Shown one piece after another: positions 46,463 through 59,303 of a stretch of 64,000 nucleotides of DNA. The DNA comes from Selaginella moellendorffii. Taxonomy: Eukaryota; Plantae; Lycopodiophyta. The position numbers were made by a program, and so were the translations under genes. The stretch covers positions 968,228 to 1,032,227 of the forward strand of contig NW_003314330.1 in the NCBI RefSeq assembly GCF_000143415.4, written 5' to 3'. The notes below the pieces were generated by a model that was given only the letters and a program-made list of their open reading frames with translations, did no database searches and was not told where the DNA came from. Each line of letters starts with the position of its first letter. Position 1 is the first letter of the stretch.

Positions 46463-48997
46463 TTAGGAGGTAGTGGATCGGGTGAGAGACGCTGCTCGAT
46501 TAGAAGTTGTCAATTTTTGCACAGCCTATTATAACCAGACTTTGCGTTAGAGGACGAAAAACTGAGTTGATAATATATATATACGTACTTGCATCGCAGC
46601 TAAGCGTCTTGCCACGCGCTTCTCTTCGTGCTCGCAGCAGCTGACGCGCTCATTGTCGATCACAACATCGGCGCGTATGAAACCGTCCACCTCAGTGCAC
46701 TGGATCTCGAGAGCAAGTCTTTGCTCTCTACACAAGGTCTCGAGCTGCTTGACTGGATGGAGCATCACGTTTTCCGGAGTGGCGATTGGTTCTAAGAGCC
46801 TTTCATACACCTGAAGATGAGAGAGGTTATAAGAAAGTATACTCCAATCAATACGACTTACCTTCCAAACAATATCTGGTTCGTACTCGGAGTCGATAAA
46901 AATTGAAGCTGCCAGTGTTTGAATCACGTCTCCAAGCAGCTGAAACAGAGAATAAGCAGACAGGATAATTGGAGAACTTGGCTTACTTTTGGTGAGTTTA
47001 GTCTGGAAATGCCGAAAGTCGAGCATGCTTTCCCCCTTGCATGCTCTTCGACAAGTGATTCTGCGAACTCGGCAATTTGAGGGACGAAGTGGACCTTCTG
47101 AAGATAAACGTGGAAGCCGTGACGAATACTAATGCAGGAGTAGTGCTCCTTGTTGATCGTTGCCTGCTTTATGGTGTTGTGGCGACCGGCCGACTGGTCC
47201 GGGAATGATCTGACCAAGTGCCGTGTCACGAGGTAGTCCAGCACTGCATCGCCGAGAAACTCTAGACGCCTGAAAGTGAAGTTGTCGTCATGAAAGCTCA
47301 GAGCAACTCGCAAGACCTGCTTGTTCCTGAACTGATAGCCGAGTTTCTCTTGTAGTTCCTTCAAATCATCATCTGTTAATGATCCGCAGCCTGTGACTTC
47401 GAATCTGTGATGATCTTCGGCCTCAGGAGGAAACCGGACTGGTATCTGGAGCCAGTTCGCTGCTGCCATAGCGGCAGCAAGTTCCCCTTCCAGCACGCAT
47501 GCCCCCAGAACGGCTTCTACTACGTCCGCCAGCGTCTTCGTCGAGAGCAGTTGTTCCGGAATCTTTGCCGCTGCTGGTATCATGCCCGGAGATATCCACT
47601 TCAGCGGCGAAAACATCTCCGCAAATACATACCGGTACAGATTCCGAGCTAGTGCCAAACTGGAAAGCGTGCTGTTGCAAACTATATTGTACAGCTCCAG
47701 GCCAAGCTCTTCACTGCCCATCGAAGGCATCGTCGCGTAGACATACGTTCCAGCGACGATCTTCAGCACGCTGTCTCCTAACAGTTCTAGTGGCTCGTAA
47801 GATACATTGAAACAGCATGCTCTGGATGTCAAAGCCTCCAACAGCTAAAACCACGTTTCAGTCCTCCAGATAACAAACTTGCTACGAATTGTACCTTCAA
47901 AGCTGAGACCGGGACGTCCATTGCATCACGCAGTTCTGCGGCTAGCAGTGCCATCTCAAGCCTGTACATAACAGAAGGAAGCCGAAGAGCGCCTCTATGC
48001 AAGCTTCCCGGTAGTAAAGTTTTCGAAAGTACGCACTCCCTTCTTGAAAAGGTGACGGCTCTTAGCTTTTTCGTTAGTGTAGCACCTGGAAAGAAGAAAC
48101 TCAGATCAAATGGTGATAGATAATTAGAGTTTCATACCATTGTGTTTCGTGAGATAGCTCAGTGCCCGGTGCGCCCTCACAGCAACAACTTCGTTCGAGT
48201 GTTTCGATAGAACGACGCACGATTTTCCAGAGCAAAGGATCAAGCTGTCAATCGCGATCTTCTCGTTCGAGGCCTGTGCTTCGGAAGCGATCATCGAGTC
48301 AGCGTAATGCAAACCGGAAGAAGTTGCAGCAGCCATCAAGTTCCAATCCACGACCAGCTTAAACTCCTCTCTCCTCCATCGCCAAGTCTCTAGCAGTGGA
48401 ACGGCATAGTAAAGCTTTGGACCCTCTCGGTACTCCGATAGCCTCGCGTCTTGGGAGCGGCCCAGGACGAGATCGAAAAGCCATTTGGTAAATTCTTTGA
48501 TCTTCACCACCTGGAATGAAAAGAGATCCAAGTAAGAAACTTCACACAAAGAGAGAGTATACTGTATAGTATACCTCGTCCGAGGAAACCAGCACTTCTC
48601 CAATCTCCTCTAGATGGGCACGGACTATGGAGTTTTCTTGGAGGAACAATTCCACTACCATCGCTGCCACGGCTGGATCGACTCTGGTGGGTAGAAGGAT
48701 TCCAAACTCCGTGGCGTGCCGTTGCAATGGATCCTTGCCTTCCATCACAAGCTCATAGCGTATGGCCACGGCATGGAACAAGATCCTGTCCGACGAATGG
48801 TCGACCCTTGGACTTGCCTGGACGACACCAGGAATGCCGCGCTCGTAGTGCCGTGGCGATGCAGTGAGCGGCGATTTGCCATCGCTAGGCGGCACAAGGG
48901 GATATTTCTTCTTGCCTGAATCTGGAGCAGCATTGCAATGGGAGACTTCCCCCAATGCCGTGACAAGATCGTCGATCTTCTCCTCCATGGCCTTCAT
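46463..48997 (-). CDS. Atypical Dicer-like RNase III (~735 aa): platform, connector, RIIIa, RIIIb and dsRBD; no helicase/DUF283, PAZ core absent
   Basis: Seven exons join in frame with GT-AG introns: 48997-48575, 48510-48138, 48085-47895, 47844-46987, 46939-46862, 46810-46589, 46525-46463. Motifs LELLGDSVLK, LADVVEA, RLEFLGDAVLD, HPVKQL. Confidence 0.85.
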
Positions 48998-49500
48998 CGC
49001 TCGCAGGAACGCGAATTTCCAGCTCCGATCGACTCGGAGAGCGAGAGAAAACCAGAAACCTCGAACAACAGGAGAAGATCCACCGATTCACCTCAGATAC
49101 CTTCGGCGCTTGCAATCGCCGCCAAGGACGAGACTTTAGAGCTTGGATCGGCTCCGAGAGGGAAGGAAAGCTGGGCCAGCAACGCGATCGACCTCAAATC
49201 TTGCAGCGAGCTCCATGGAGGGAAAAACAATGGTGAAGAACAACCTAGTGATCCAACGGCTGGGATTTGCCGCGAGGTTTCATTAAACTCATATCCAAAA
49301 TTTGTTTCTGTAGAGACGATCTTTGGCTGCCACTCAAGCCTCTAGATTTAAATACTATGGGAGAGAAACAAAGCTTCCATCTCGAATCTAGAACAAAGCA
49401 TCTCTGCAAATAAAAAATATTCTTAGAAAGAACTTTGGCGATGGTAATATAAGATCATAGAAAGTGAAAAATCACGTTAATTCGCCTATGGTTTGTTTGT

Positions 49501-51647
49501 TTACTCGACCACATTGCGTATGAGTAGCCTGTAAGTGCCGAAGGAGTTCTTACTTTGCCATGCCCAGGGAATAAAAAACGCGCGGTGGAGACGAGGTGAG
49601 CTCTCATTGTCCAGGAACAAGCGTTTAGCCACGACCTGTTAGAAAAATACTCTTAGAGAATCTGGCAAGCGTAAACAAGCACGTACAGTCCATTTGGTTT
49701 GATTGTTTCCACGATACTCTACGCCCGGTCTGTCTAAGACTAGCTCCACCACAAAGTCACAGGAAGCGTCGCTTTGGAGCTGAGACAGGGATTTCGGAAG
49801 AGTGAGAACCTTCGAAAGAAAATAAGTAACGAGATGAGATCTAACTTACAAATTGCTTTGGAGAAGCGTTGTTATGCCTGTTGAAGTAGTCCGGAGCTGC
49901 TTTCGTTCCACCCAGGCTGCTATCGAATGGAAACGGCATAAGTCCTCTAAAGCCATCGTCGAGCCATCTCACTTGGTACTTGGCTGACGGCAGAAAGAAC
50001 GAGGATGGGAAACGGTGCCACTCACTGCCAATGCAAACTGCATTGAAACGCAGGAGTTAAGAGAATTGAAACTGCGAGGCTTGCCTGTGGAATTCTCGGT
50101 TGGATTAGTTGGAAGGTGTTTGTAAATCTGCATCGGTGCCGAGTAACCTTGAAGTAAAGACGTTGTTCGACTATACGATGCCACCAGGATGAAAGATAAG
50201 AGCAAAGGCCTCAATTTCGTGAACAGACCATGCACGAAGCTCATTTTTCGTGGTACCAGACCTGGAATCCGCTCGATGCTAGCTGCCGCAGCTACGCAAA
50301 CGAGGGGATAGGTTGGATAGAGGAACCTGAAAAGAAAAAAAGCTGAGTGAACTAAGATAGAGAGCATAGTTTTGATACCTTTCTTCTTTGTGAGGTTGCA
50401 AGGACATGAATCCAAACCACAAATACAAAGGTGAGATTACCAGTAGGAGATGCTTGTCGGTACTTCGTCGCACGAAAAGCAGCAAAACAGGTAGCCCGAA
50501 CGCCAACAACAACGCAAGATTGAAATTGTTGAGCCCATTCCGAAGATAAAACAAGGGTCCCTCCACACCGTATAAAATGCTGTCGCCACCTCCCACGACA
50601 TTGTAGGTGACGAGGTTGAGAATAGAAAGCTTCCACTGACCGTAAAATAATCGATCACATAGTGCTGACAGCGCCTGTATAGACAATCAAGTTGAGTTTC
50701 CAGGAGAATATCCACCAATTTATAAGAGACAAGAGGAACTTACGATGAGAACGACTGAGGATTTAACACCGGCCATGAAAACCTTGACGGAGCTACCATT
50801 CGCCAAAGAGTACACTACCACGGGAAGAACCGCAAGGCCCGAGAATGGCCAGCCAACAAGGACCCCCAAGGCAGCCACGGCCACGGCAGCTTCAAACTTA
50901 TCGGCAAGCACAGCCGCTGATGCAAGGCTGATAGCGTACATTGAAAAGGTGCTCGGCAGAAAAGCTGAGAAAGGAGAAAAAAAACAAGAAAAGTGAGTGA
51001 GAACAGCCTGAGAATTTTTCCTTACTTGTGCTGGCTGTGTAGCAACCACTGGCAAAGCAGAGTAAAACCAAAGTGTATGATGCCATCCTTTTTCCAAACC
51101 TTTCGGACACGGCTGCCACAAGAGCTCCATCGACGGCCGCAGACACCAAGGCGAATGCCAGTTTAATCAGATAGAAAACTTTCACCTGGAAAAGGAAGAT
51201 AAACACTTAAGAGCATTTCAATCAAAAGAGAAACTTTCCTACCTTTGCGAGAATGTAAGAAGCTGGAGCTCCAATAACGGCATGAATCAGGATGTAAAGA
51301 TACGATCGAAGAGCAAACTCCGAGCTAGTCCAGAGAAACGAAACTCCAATTATTTTAGCGAGAGAACAGACACTCTCTAAAGCTCTCACTCACCTGTACT
51401 CCCAAGTTTGAAATCCCGATCCATAGAGAAGAAAATGCAGCGGCTCCCAGTAATTGAAAACCTCGTCGCAGTCGTGTACGATGTTGGAGCTCGCGCTGAA
51501 GTAGCGAGTGATGAAGAGCGCGGCGAAAGCCGCAGCAAATCCGACATTCTTACTGACCTCCGGAAGATCCTTCTTCTTGGCATCCTCTTCTTCGCTGTTA
51601 ATCTCTGCCGAGGAGCGATCGCGCCTCCGCTGCCGGAGCTCAGCCAT
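49501..51647 (-). CDS. ALG9: Dol-P-Man alpha-1,2-mannosyltransferase (GT22), spliced
   Basis: DCDEVFNYWEP, FQTWEY, AFLPSTFSMY, QPHKEERF, EWHRFPSSF. Confidence 0.93.
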
Positions 51648-51761
51648 GAACCCTAGATAAATCACAAAACCCTAGAATGAATATTCTGCAAATCTTTTCA
51701 AGCAAAACATTTGAATTTCGAATATTCTTTGGGAATCACTCAAGAACCCTAAAACAGAGCT

Positions 51762-52370
51762 CTATTTCCACATCTTGAATATCTTGGGCGGATTTTTGGT
51801 GATCGAAGTGACGCCATCATAGCCTGAAACGAGAAATTCAAGGAATGAATCGAAGAGAATTCAAGGATTGAACCCACCAAGCGCTGGATCCATGTTTCGA
51901 TTCTTGAGCTCCCGATATGTCTGGGCGATGGAGCAGCAGAGGCACCAGCATTCAGTGCAAATATCGTTGCATGGTTCTGGCGGGAGGCCGAATTTGTTAC
52001 GGAGTTTACCGCGATAGAGGCAACTGTAGAGGCATCCCAATCCGGCCATGCTGTGGAGCAAGCAAAACACTGTCCCTCCGGTACAGCACGCTGCGATGAG
52101 ATCGATCGATCGGTAAATTCACGCAATCTTGTCATCGATTCTATCCAGGAATCGAAAGAACTTACAAGTGTTTCCTTGATCCAAGACATTGATGTTTCTT
52201 CCCACCACAACGCAGGGGCAGAGGCACGCACAGCAGTCTACATTCGATCGAATCGCAAGAGCAAAAAAAATGTGATTGATCCGATCGATGGAAGAAAAAA
52301 ATCTCTGTTGCTACTCACATGAATTAAAATCTTCAAAGCATCCACACAGACCAGTCGTCCATTTTCCCAT
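51762..52370 (-). CDS. PLAC8/PCR/CNR family Cys-rich protein, spliced
   Basis: MGKWTTGLCGCFED...CLYSCLYRGKLRNKFGL...CWCLCCSIAQTYREL. Confidence 0.88.
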
Positions 52371-52981
52371 CTTTGTCCCTTCTTCTTTGGGAGTTCTTTC
52401 ATTGTTTCTTGGCTAAGGTATTTAAATGGACCTTCTCTTCCGCGTTGCAAGGCTTGAGGTAATCTCTAGGGCAATTATCGATAGGGCTCTCTTGGCGATG
52501 GCGATACGCCGGCGCCAAGGCGCTGTGGACGCGGCGCCCGCATTCCTTGTCGCAGTCCGCCATGGCGCTGTCGATGCCGCCGGATTTGAGCCCCAGCTTG
52601 CCATGGCGCTATCGATGCCGCCGCATTTGAGCTCCAGGTAAGAGAACCCGACATCCTTCTTTTCTTGTTTTGGTTTTCTTTCTTTTGTTGCAGCAAATGC
52701 CAAGTGAAAGATAAGTATATAAATTGAAACGACAAGATACAATCACGGTATGTAAGTTGTCTAGAACAAACGACGCGAGCATTCATGGTTTTCTCCGCAG
52801 ATTTATGCGTAAAATCACGCTAGTATCCACAACTTCGTCCGTGCTACTGACGAGTTGCTGAGAGATAGAATAGATGCAAGAGAACACTGTTTATAGAAGT
52901 ATATTTTTCTATCAGCTATTGACTGGTTGCTGCTGCCAGAAGAATCTCATAAACGCTTCGAGACGAGCGGGTGCTGCCTAC

Positions 52982-54136
52982 CTAGAGATGGAGCTGTTTT
53001 AGATTTGGCTCCAGCGAGAACCATTTGTGAGCGCTGTTGGATCGCAGCGACACTTGCTCGCAGCGTGGAAGCCACATCCAAGAGTTGCGAGGAATGCAAT
53101 AGACGGCTGCCTGAGGGGAGGTGAGACATGAGAAACAGATCAAGTCCTGCTGCGCGGTGCTGCTTATCTGGTCGTAGTTGTGGAAACAGGTTGATACGAA
53201 CTTTGCACAAATCTCACCAGGCATGGTGTCCACCTCCGTCCATCGCTTCTGGTTGTTGCCAAGCTTCCAGATTCTCATCTTCTTGGTGATCCCGTGCTGC
53301 CCGTGTCCGCCGACCAAGTGAAGCACTCCTCGCTCACTCGCTACCGGGATGCAGTAAGTCAGTGACTCGGGAAGCGGTGCCTCTGACTTGGTCCATTTGC
53401 TCTGCTCCAGGTTGAGAGAGAACAGGAGCGGAGGATCGGAGCTAGTTGTGAAGTGGATTGTCTCTTCGCCGCAGCAGGCTGTCTCGGATCTGAAGTTGAA
53501 GGCCATTCCTGGAGCTTGGATCCTCCTCCACGATCCAGCAGCCGAGTCAAACACCTCCGTCACTCGCTCACAGCTGCTCAGGTCGTCCATGACTCGGGAT
53601 CCAGCAACGACGACTTTGAAGGTGTTGGAAGTGGAGCTTTTGGTGGTGAGAAGGGTGATGACGGCTGCTCTGGCCATGTTGGAGGTCTTGAGCGGTGGGA
53701 GATCCCTCCAAGAGCTGAGCAGCGGGTTACAAACAATGAAGTGGCCGGGATGGATGGTCTTGAAGCACAGGAGTCCTCCAGACGAGGCGGCTATGTCCGT
53801 GGTATAGGGAGGCAGGAAGGAGAGGGAAATGGCGAACCACTTGTTGCTGGATCGATCGAAAGCTCTCAGCACTCTGGCAGTGCTATAGCTGTGACACTTG
53901 AACATGAGGATCCAGGGGAGCCTGGACGAGGGCGATGCTACTCGAGACTGCAGCCCTGCAAAGTTTAGAGACGTGAGAGCCTTGTTCCACTCCTTGGAGA
54001 CGCATCGCAGCCGGAGCAAGCTCTTGATTGGGAGGCACGCGAAGATCCGGAGGAGCAAATCGTGTGGGAGGCTACTCCATATCCGAGGGTCGAAGTGAGT
54101 GATCCTCCTCCAGCGATCGCTACTGCTGCTACTCAT
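52982..54136 (-). CDS. F-box/kelch-like protein, intronless
   Basis: IWSSLPHDLLLRIFACLP...RCVSKEW; ASSGGLLC; VCNPL...W..LP. Confidence 0.9.
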   Translation of the reverse strand: MSSSSSDRWRRITHFDPRIWSSLPHDLLLRIFACLPIKSLLRLRCVSKEWNKALTSLNFAGLQSRVASPSSRLPWILMFKCHSYSTARVLRAFDRSSNKWFAISLSFLPPYTTDIAASSGGLLCFKTIHPGHFIVCNPLLSSWRDLPPLKTSNMARAAVITLLTTKSSTSNTFKVVVAGSRVMDDLSSCERVTEVFDSAAGSWRRIQAPGMAFNFRSETACCGEETIHFTTSSDPPLLFSLNLEQSKWTKSEAPLPESLTYCIPVASERGVLHLVGGHGQHGITKKMRIWKLGNNQKRWTEVDTMPGEICAKFVSTCFHNYDQISSTAQQDLICFSCLTSPQAAVYCIPRNSWMWLPRCEQVSLRSNSAHKWFSLEPNLKQLHL

Positions 54137-54479
54137 TTTCACCCGTTTCCTTCTCACGAGCTCTCCGACTATATCTACATCAAGAACGACGTGAGATCCA
54201 CGTAACGAAGAAGGAAAAATTCTCTTGCGCTTACTCGTTCCAAGCTTCGCTGGAATCTTCGATTGTTAACGATATTCCCCGGAAGGCGCGTCTTTGACTC
54301 TTGACTGGTCTAAGTCAAGTGATCCACTTTTAGGGCTATCTAAAATTGAATGACAACCGTTAGATGATAGCATATCCGATGGTTTAGTTATCGCTAGGAT
54401 TTTCAAGGCGCTCAGCGATCTCTTCTCCAGCGAGGAATGGCCGGCGCCCGTCGGGCACAAGCAGGACGCCAATGAGGAG

Positions 54480-55610
54480 TTTCTTGCTGGGAAGGTACAT
54501 TGCTCGTCGCGGTTGGTGTGACGAGGAGGATCTGAATGGAGTTCTGTGCGTGCGTGAGAGCTAGCGAAGAAGTGGCGGCTATGTTTCCATGAGGAGCTCT
54601 AGTAAAGATCAAGAAGCCTTTACTCACTGCCATCGTCATCAACGAGCGCTTCATCCAGCCATCGCTCGTGGTTGCTTTTCCCGACGATGTCAGCTTCATT
54701 GTTGGCATGCTCTTGATCCAGCAGCAGCAGCAGCGCGACACTAGTGTCTTGTCCAACATCTCTTCCCAGGTTCTTCTCTACATCGGGATGGTGGACACGC
54801 CGATTCAAGGGGCGAATGCAGCCCTGGACGGGGATAAGTTTCACGTCAAGAGTCTCTTCCGAAAGGCCAGTGCTTTGAAGGCCATTGGAGAGTATACTCA
54901 AGCCGTGGAGTGCTTCGAGCTGGCTTTGTCACGGTGAGAGGAGGACCCTGTTGCTCTTAGCAATGCAAGGGATCGATGCTGCTCTGGCTGAGTGCCGGTT
55001 CTTCCAGGAGCAGAGCGAGACAGGGGGGCCATACGACATCACCAGTTCTTCTCCGGTGGCTTGAAGCCACAGTTGGCGCCATGCTGACTTTGTCGGTCCT
55101 GTGGAGATCAAAGCTAGCAAGCGTGGACGTGGTGGTTTCTTCCTGAAATAAGACATGAAGATGGGCCAGGTTCTCGTTGTGAGCAATCCAATTGCGATGC
55201 TCTACTTCACAGGCATAGAAGATGTAAAGGTAGAGGTCGTGAGAGCTTGCATGGGATCATCCAAGGCACTGGTACAGCTCAACTCACTCGCAGACTGTCT
55301 TGACAAAGTGCCAGAGATCCCAGATATGGATATGTCAAAGCCCAACGTCTCACATACCAGCCTAGTCCCTCTTGCCCTGGCTTTCCCAATACATCCTCCA
55401 AGAGAAACCAAAATGACCGAATGCTCGACCAATCTTCCAAAGGATCAATCTGATGCAGCTTCTCATTAGGCCAGTGGACTTCTGGGCTTCAAGTCTCTGG
55501 CTGCTTAGATGAAAGTTTGTTTACTTAACATCTCTCTTGGAAAGGTTTGGGTGGCACAAACGGTTGAAGACTTGAGTGTTGAAGAAGAGTTCATGTGGTC
55601 TTACTTCTAC
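54480..55610 (+). pseudogene. TPR + SET domain pseudogene
   Basis: TPR-like HVKSLFRKASAL..YTQAVECF; DFVGPVEIK..RGRG; internal stops. SET-like FNRLCHPN and AARDLKP lie on the minus strand. Confidence 0.55.
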
Positions 55611-56333
55611 ACTACTACCTTGCTCCACTACTATCAAGAGAGAAATGTAAGTAATTAAAGATAATGACTTGAAAAATAATTTATAATAATTTAAATATAA
55701 AAAGAAAGGGCTCATGAATGGTTAAAGGTTTTCTTTTTGAGATCAAATACATGAAGAGATTTTATTTTGGGATTTACACATATATAATGTCATTTTAAGA
55801 ATGATTTGGCTAGAACTAATGGTGTATACCCTTTTCCTTTTAAGATAAAAAACGTTCATCAAAAACAAAAGTAACCCAATCTAGTGTAAGATTAAAATTT
55901 GTGAATATACATATGACTGTTGGCCCTACCTTGACTTGGACTTGTTTCACATCAAATACATTCAAGTTCATAGAGGTCATTTTAAAGTTGATCTCTACTA
56001 CTTTGAAGAAGTGTTGCTAGAATAAGTACTACATGGTTCTGGTGCACTAGTTGCCTTGAACTGATGACATCAATCAATAGTCAACAAACTCAAGTTCAAG
56101 AAACTCTCCCAAATACAATGACCTATTGCGAAGGGTGATCCAATACACGATTCAAGGGAATCAATCCTTCCATCATATGGATCAATTATTCCATGTGAGA
56201 ATTTAGGCCATTTTCTTTGACTTTAAATTGGAAAAGGGATAATTGTTTAATGAGAGAATTTTTAGTGACTGTTTTATAGCTTAAAGTTTCAAAAATCCAC
56301 GATAATAATATATTTAAATTTTATCTCATAATC

Positions 56334-56433
56334 NNNNNNNNNNNNNNNNNNNNNNNNNNNNNNNNNNNNNNNNNNNNNNNNNNNNNNNNNNNNNNNNNNN
56401 NNNNNNNNNNNNNNNNNNNNNNNNNNNNNNNNN

Positions 56434-56519
<86 letters not shown>
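56334..56519. repeat. Assembly gap (56334-56433) followed by an (AT)n microsatellite
   Basis: N run, then an 86-bp TA repeat. Confidence 0.95.
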
Positions 56520-56522
<3 letters not shown>

Positions 56523-57867
56523 ATGAGTAACTGTTAAAATTAAAATTTAGAAGGGTTAAAAATTAAAACATTCAACTATATAAAAAGTCAAGTATCAATT
56601 ATATCACATTTAATATATTTCTCAAAATATTATTTTTCTTTGCTTTAGATTAAATTTAGATTGATTATCTACATCAAATCAGGATTAGCTCAAAATCCCT
56701 AGTTTTGAGTGGTCCAAATTGAAATTAATTTAGTGGCTATCAAAATCCCAATATACTAATAATAATATATAGCATTATAGCTGTACATTTGGAGCTCATA
56801 ACATAGAAACATATAATTTTTTATTTTTTGAAGTATTTAATATTTATAATGAAAATTATTATTTATATAAAAGTAACCTCATCAAATAAACCTTTTTGTA
56901 GAGTATATTTTTATGATTTTATTTATATTTATTTATATTGAGTTAATTACCACTTAGCTTTATAAACGTAAAACTTACACCAAAATAATTTAAAACCACC
57001 AAAACTACTTTGAATTGTATATAACACTGCTCAAATCAACTAAAAACTGGCTCATATAGAGTGTTGATGAGCTAATCTCATGCATCATCAGCAATGGAAA
57101 ACCCATTTCTGTCATCTAATGCCTTCAATATAAATGTTATTTTTCTTCAGACGACTTGAAGGGCAATGGATTTTTGGTGGCAACATATCATCCATTGCCA
57201 ATTTATCAAATATATAATGCCAGCATATACATCATAATATGCCTTAAACAAGTAGTATAGGTTATAATATTGCATATGCTTATGTTGGAATTACTACTTA
57301 CATATAAGCATATAGAATGCAAGTCTTCTGCCAACCAAAACCGCAGCAACCTTCTTCATGAATTTGGCTTTCTATAGCTTCTACAATAGTTATAACTATT
57401 AAATCCCTCACATCATCCTGATGTAATTACGAATGGAATTAAAGTGCCCATCAATAACCTCCTGCTTCATTGCTTTGCAAACCTCTTGCTTCATAGCCTT
57501 GTTAAAATGGTCACCCACAATATTCTAAAATCTCCTTCCTTCATAATATTTAATATTATTCTATTTATAGAAACTTCAAATCAGAAGTTTTACTTGATGT
57601 ATTAAAATCCCATCTTCTGTCTTCTGGTTCTTCTAATTTTATCCTCACAGTATGATTGTTTTATGCCAGGAAGCTTGTAGTGCTAAGATTATTAGTATAT
57701 CAGAGCTGTAAGACATTAATATACAGAAATTGCTGAGATGAAAGAAGGACAAGAAATTAGTCACACGGTTGTTGAAATAGCACACTTCAACTTTTCGTAA
57801 ATATAATATAACACGATTTAAATCAGATGAGAATCACCATGATCCAATTTTTGAACTATAGATTGGT

Positions 57868-59022
57868 TCATACGAATAACTCAAGATACGATTCCGCTGT
57901 GGTATACTCCACCTCTGGATACAGAACAGAAGCTTCCAAATCATCTGGTCCAAAGTCGAAATATAAATCTCCTCTATGAAATATCTCGTACATGTGTGCT
58001 GCTGCTGCTCTGGTCAACCAAGGGTGCTTCTCATCTGCCGTTCATTCACAAGTGTGTTGAGCATGACTAGCGTGCTACTCTTGAACGTTACCTTGTATGT
58101 ACTTGGCAAATAGCTCCTTCTCACTCAAGTAGCTCTTCTTCAGTGCTTTGCCTATTTTGCTTTCCCATATGGCTACCTGCTCATTCATTGTCAATACGTT
58201 CTTGGGCGGCCGGAAGTAGACAGTCCTGTTCAATGTTCGGGGATCATCGATACTCTTCGCAGTGTAAGTTCCTATATCCTTTTCAGCCATCCAAACGACT
58301 AAAGAAATCCAGTCAGAATTGAGCTCAAGACACAAAACTCTACACTTACTCTTCACGTTTCCATCGCCATGGATTACAACGCTATCCCCTGGAGGAACAA
58401 ACTTGCACAGAGGTTCTAGTTGAGCAAAACTGGGCAGAAAAAATCCCATGAAACAATTTGCTGAAATATAAGTGTAAGGTATTCCAAGAGCCTCCACAGT
58501 TCTTCTGATTGCTACTTTGTCGGTGAATAACTTATCTCCGGGTGGTATGTGTGGGTTCCTATCCACGTCCGTTCCAAACTCGGAAGGATAAAACTTCTGC
58601 AATAACAAAGGAAACAAGGAACTGGGGAGGCCGATATGTGATTCATCTACCTTGATGTTTCCAGCCTCTTTAATCGCATTGATAAGTTTGTATTGTTCAT
58701 CCAGATGGAAATGAGAGACTGTGCAGATGACAACATCCACTTGTTTAAGTAGTTTCACAAGCTCATCGTGGTCATCTAAAGACACCTGCAAACACAAACA
58801 TTCATGAGGCAAAACATGTTTCGGATCTGTTGCAAGACCTACCCAAAATATCTTTGCTCCGGCTCTTCGAAAACTCAGGACAAGCTGCACCTTCTCGACA
58901 TCCCTTGCAGCTTCCGGCCTAACTTGCACAAACGTTGGATGCCCCTGTTCTAAGCAGGCATTCACAATATGCCTGCCAATATAGCCAGTCGCGGAAACCA
59001 CTAGAACCCTGTTTTCCCCCAT
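57868..59022 (-). CDS. Isoflavone-reductase-like / PIP-family NADPH reductase (NmrA-like), spliced
   Basis: VLVVSATGYIG, VDVVI, AIKEAGNIK, FYPSEFG, IPYTYISANCF, DDPRTLN, EASVLYPEVEYTT. Confidence 0.9.
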
Positions 59023-59137
59023 AGAACAGCGTAGAGGAAAGAAACTAGAAGAACGCTATCTATTAGGTGCAAGACAACTGGATCTTTACAAGTGGGCTAC
59101 GGTCTACAAATTAGTTCACATGTCTGCAGTAAAGAAT

Positions 59138-59264
59138 TGACGAGTTGACCAAGTGAACAAAAGATACTTTTAACAAACTAAATGACGTAAGATGACGGCC
59201 ACCAACAAGTTTTTTACACGCTAAACAAACTAACATGACGGCCACCATCAAGTTTTTTACACGC
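59138..59264. promoter_or_regulatory. TGACG/as-1-like and W-box cluster in a 281-bp bidirectional promoter
   Basis: TGACG at 59138, 59183, 59193 and 59236; TTGACC at 59145; a ~40 bp direct repeat. Confidence 0.55.
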
Positions 59265-59303
59265 AGCAAATGCAAAGCCCTTGTCAGTAGCCCTAATTTC
59301 ATA

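Noticed and set aside
52480-52640. GC-rich ~40 bp direct repeat with short ORFs
   Set aside because: No recognisable domain or structure; insufficient support.
55700-57700. AT-rich region, possibly a decayed DNA transposon (also 62650-64000)
   Set aside because: No convincing transposase motif, TIR or TSD found by eye; left unassigned.
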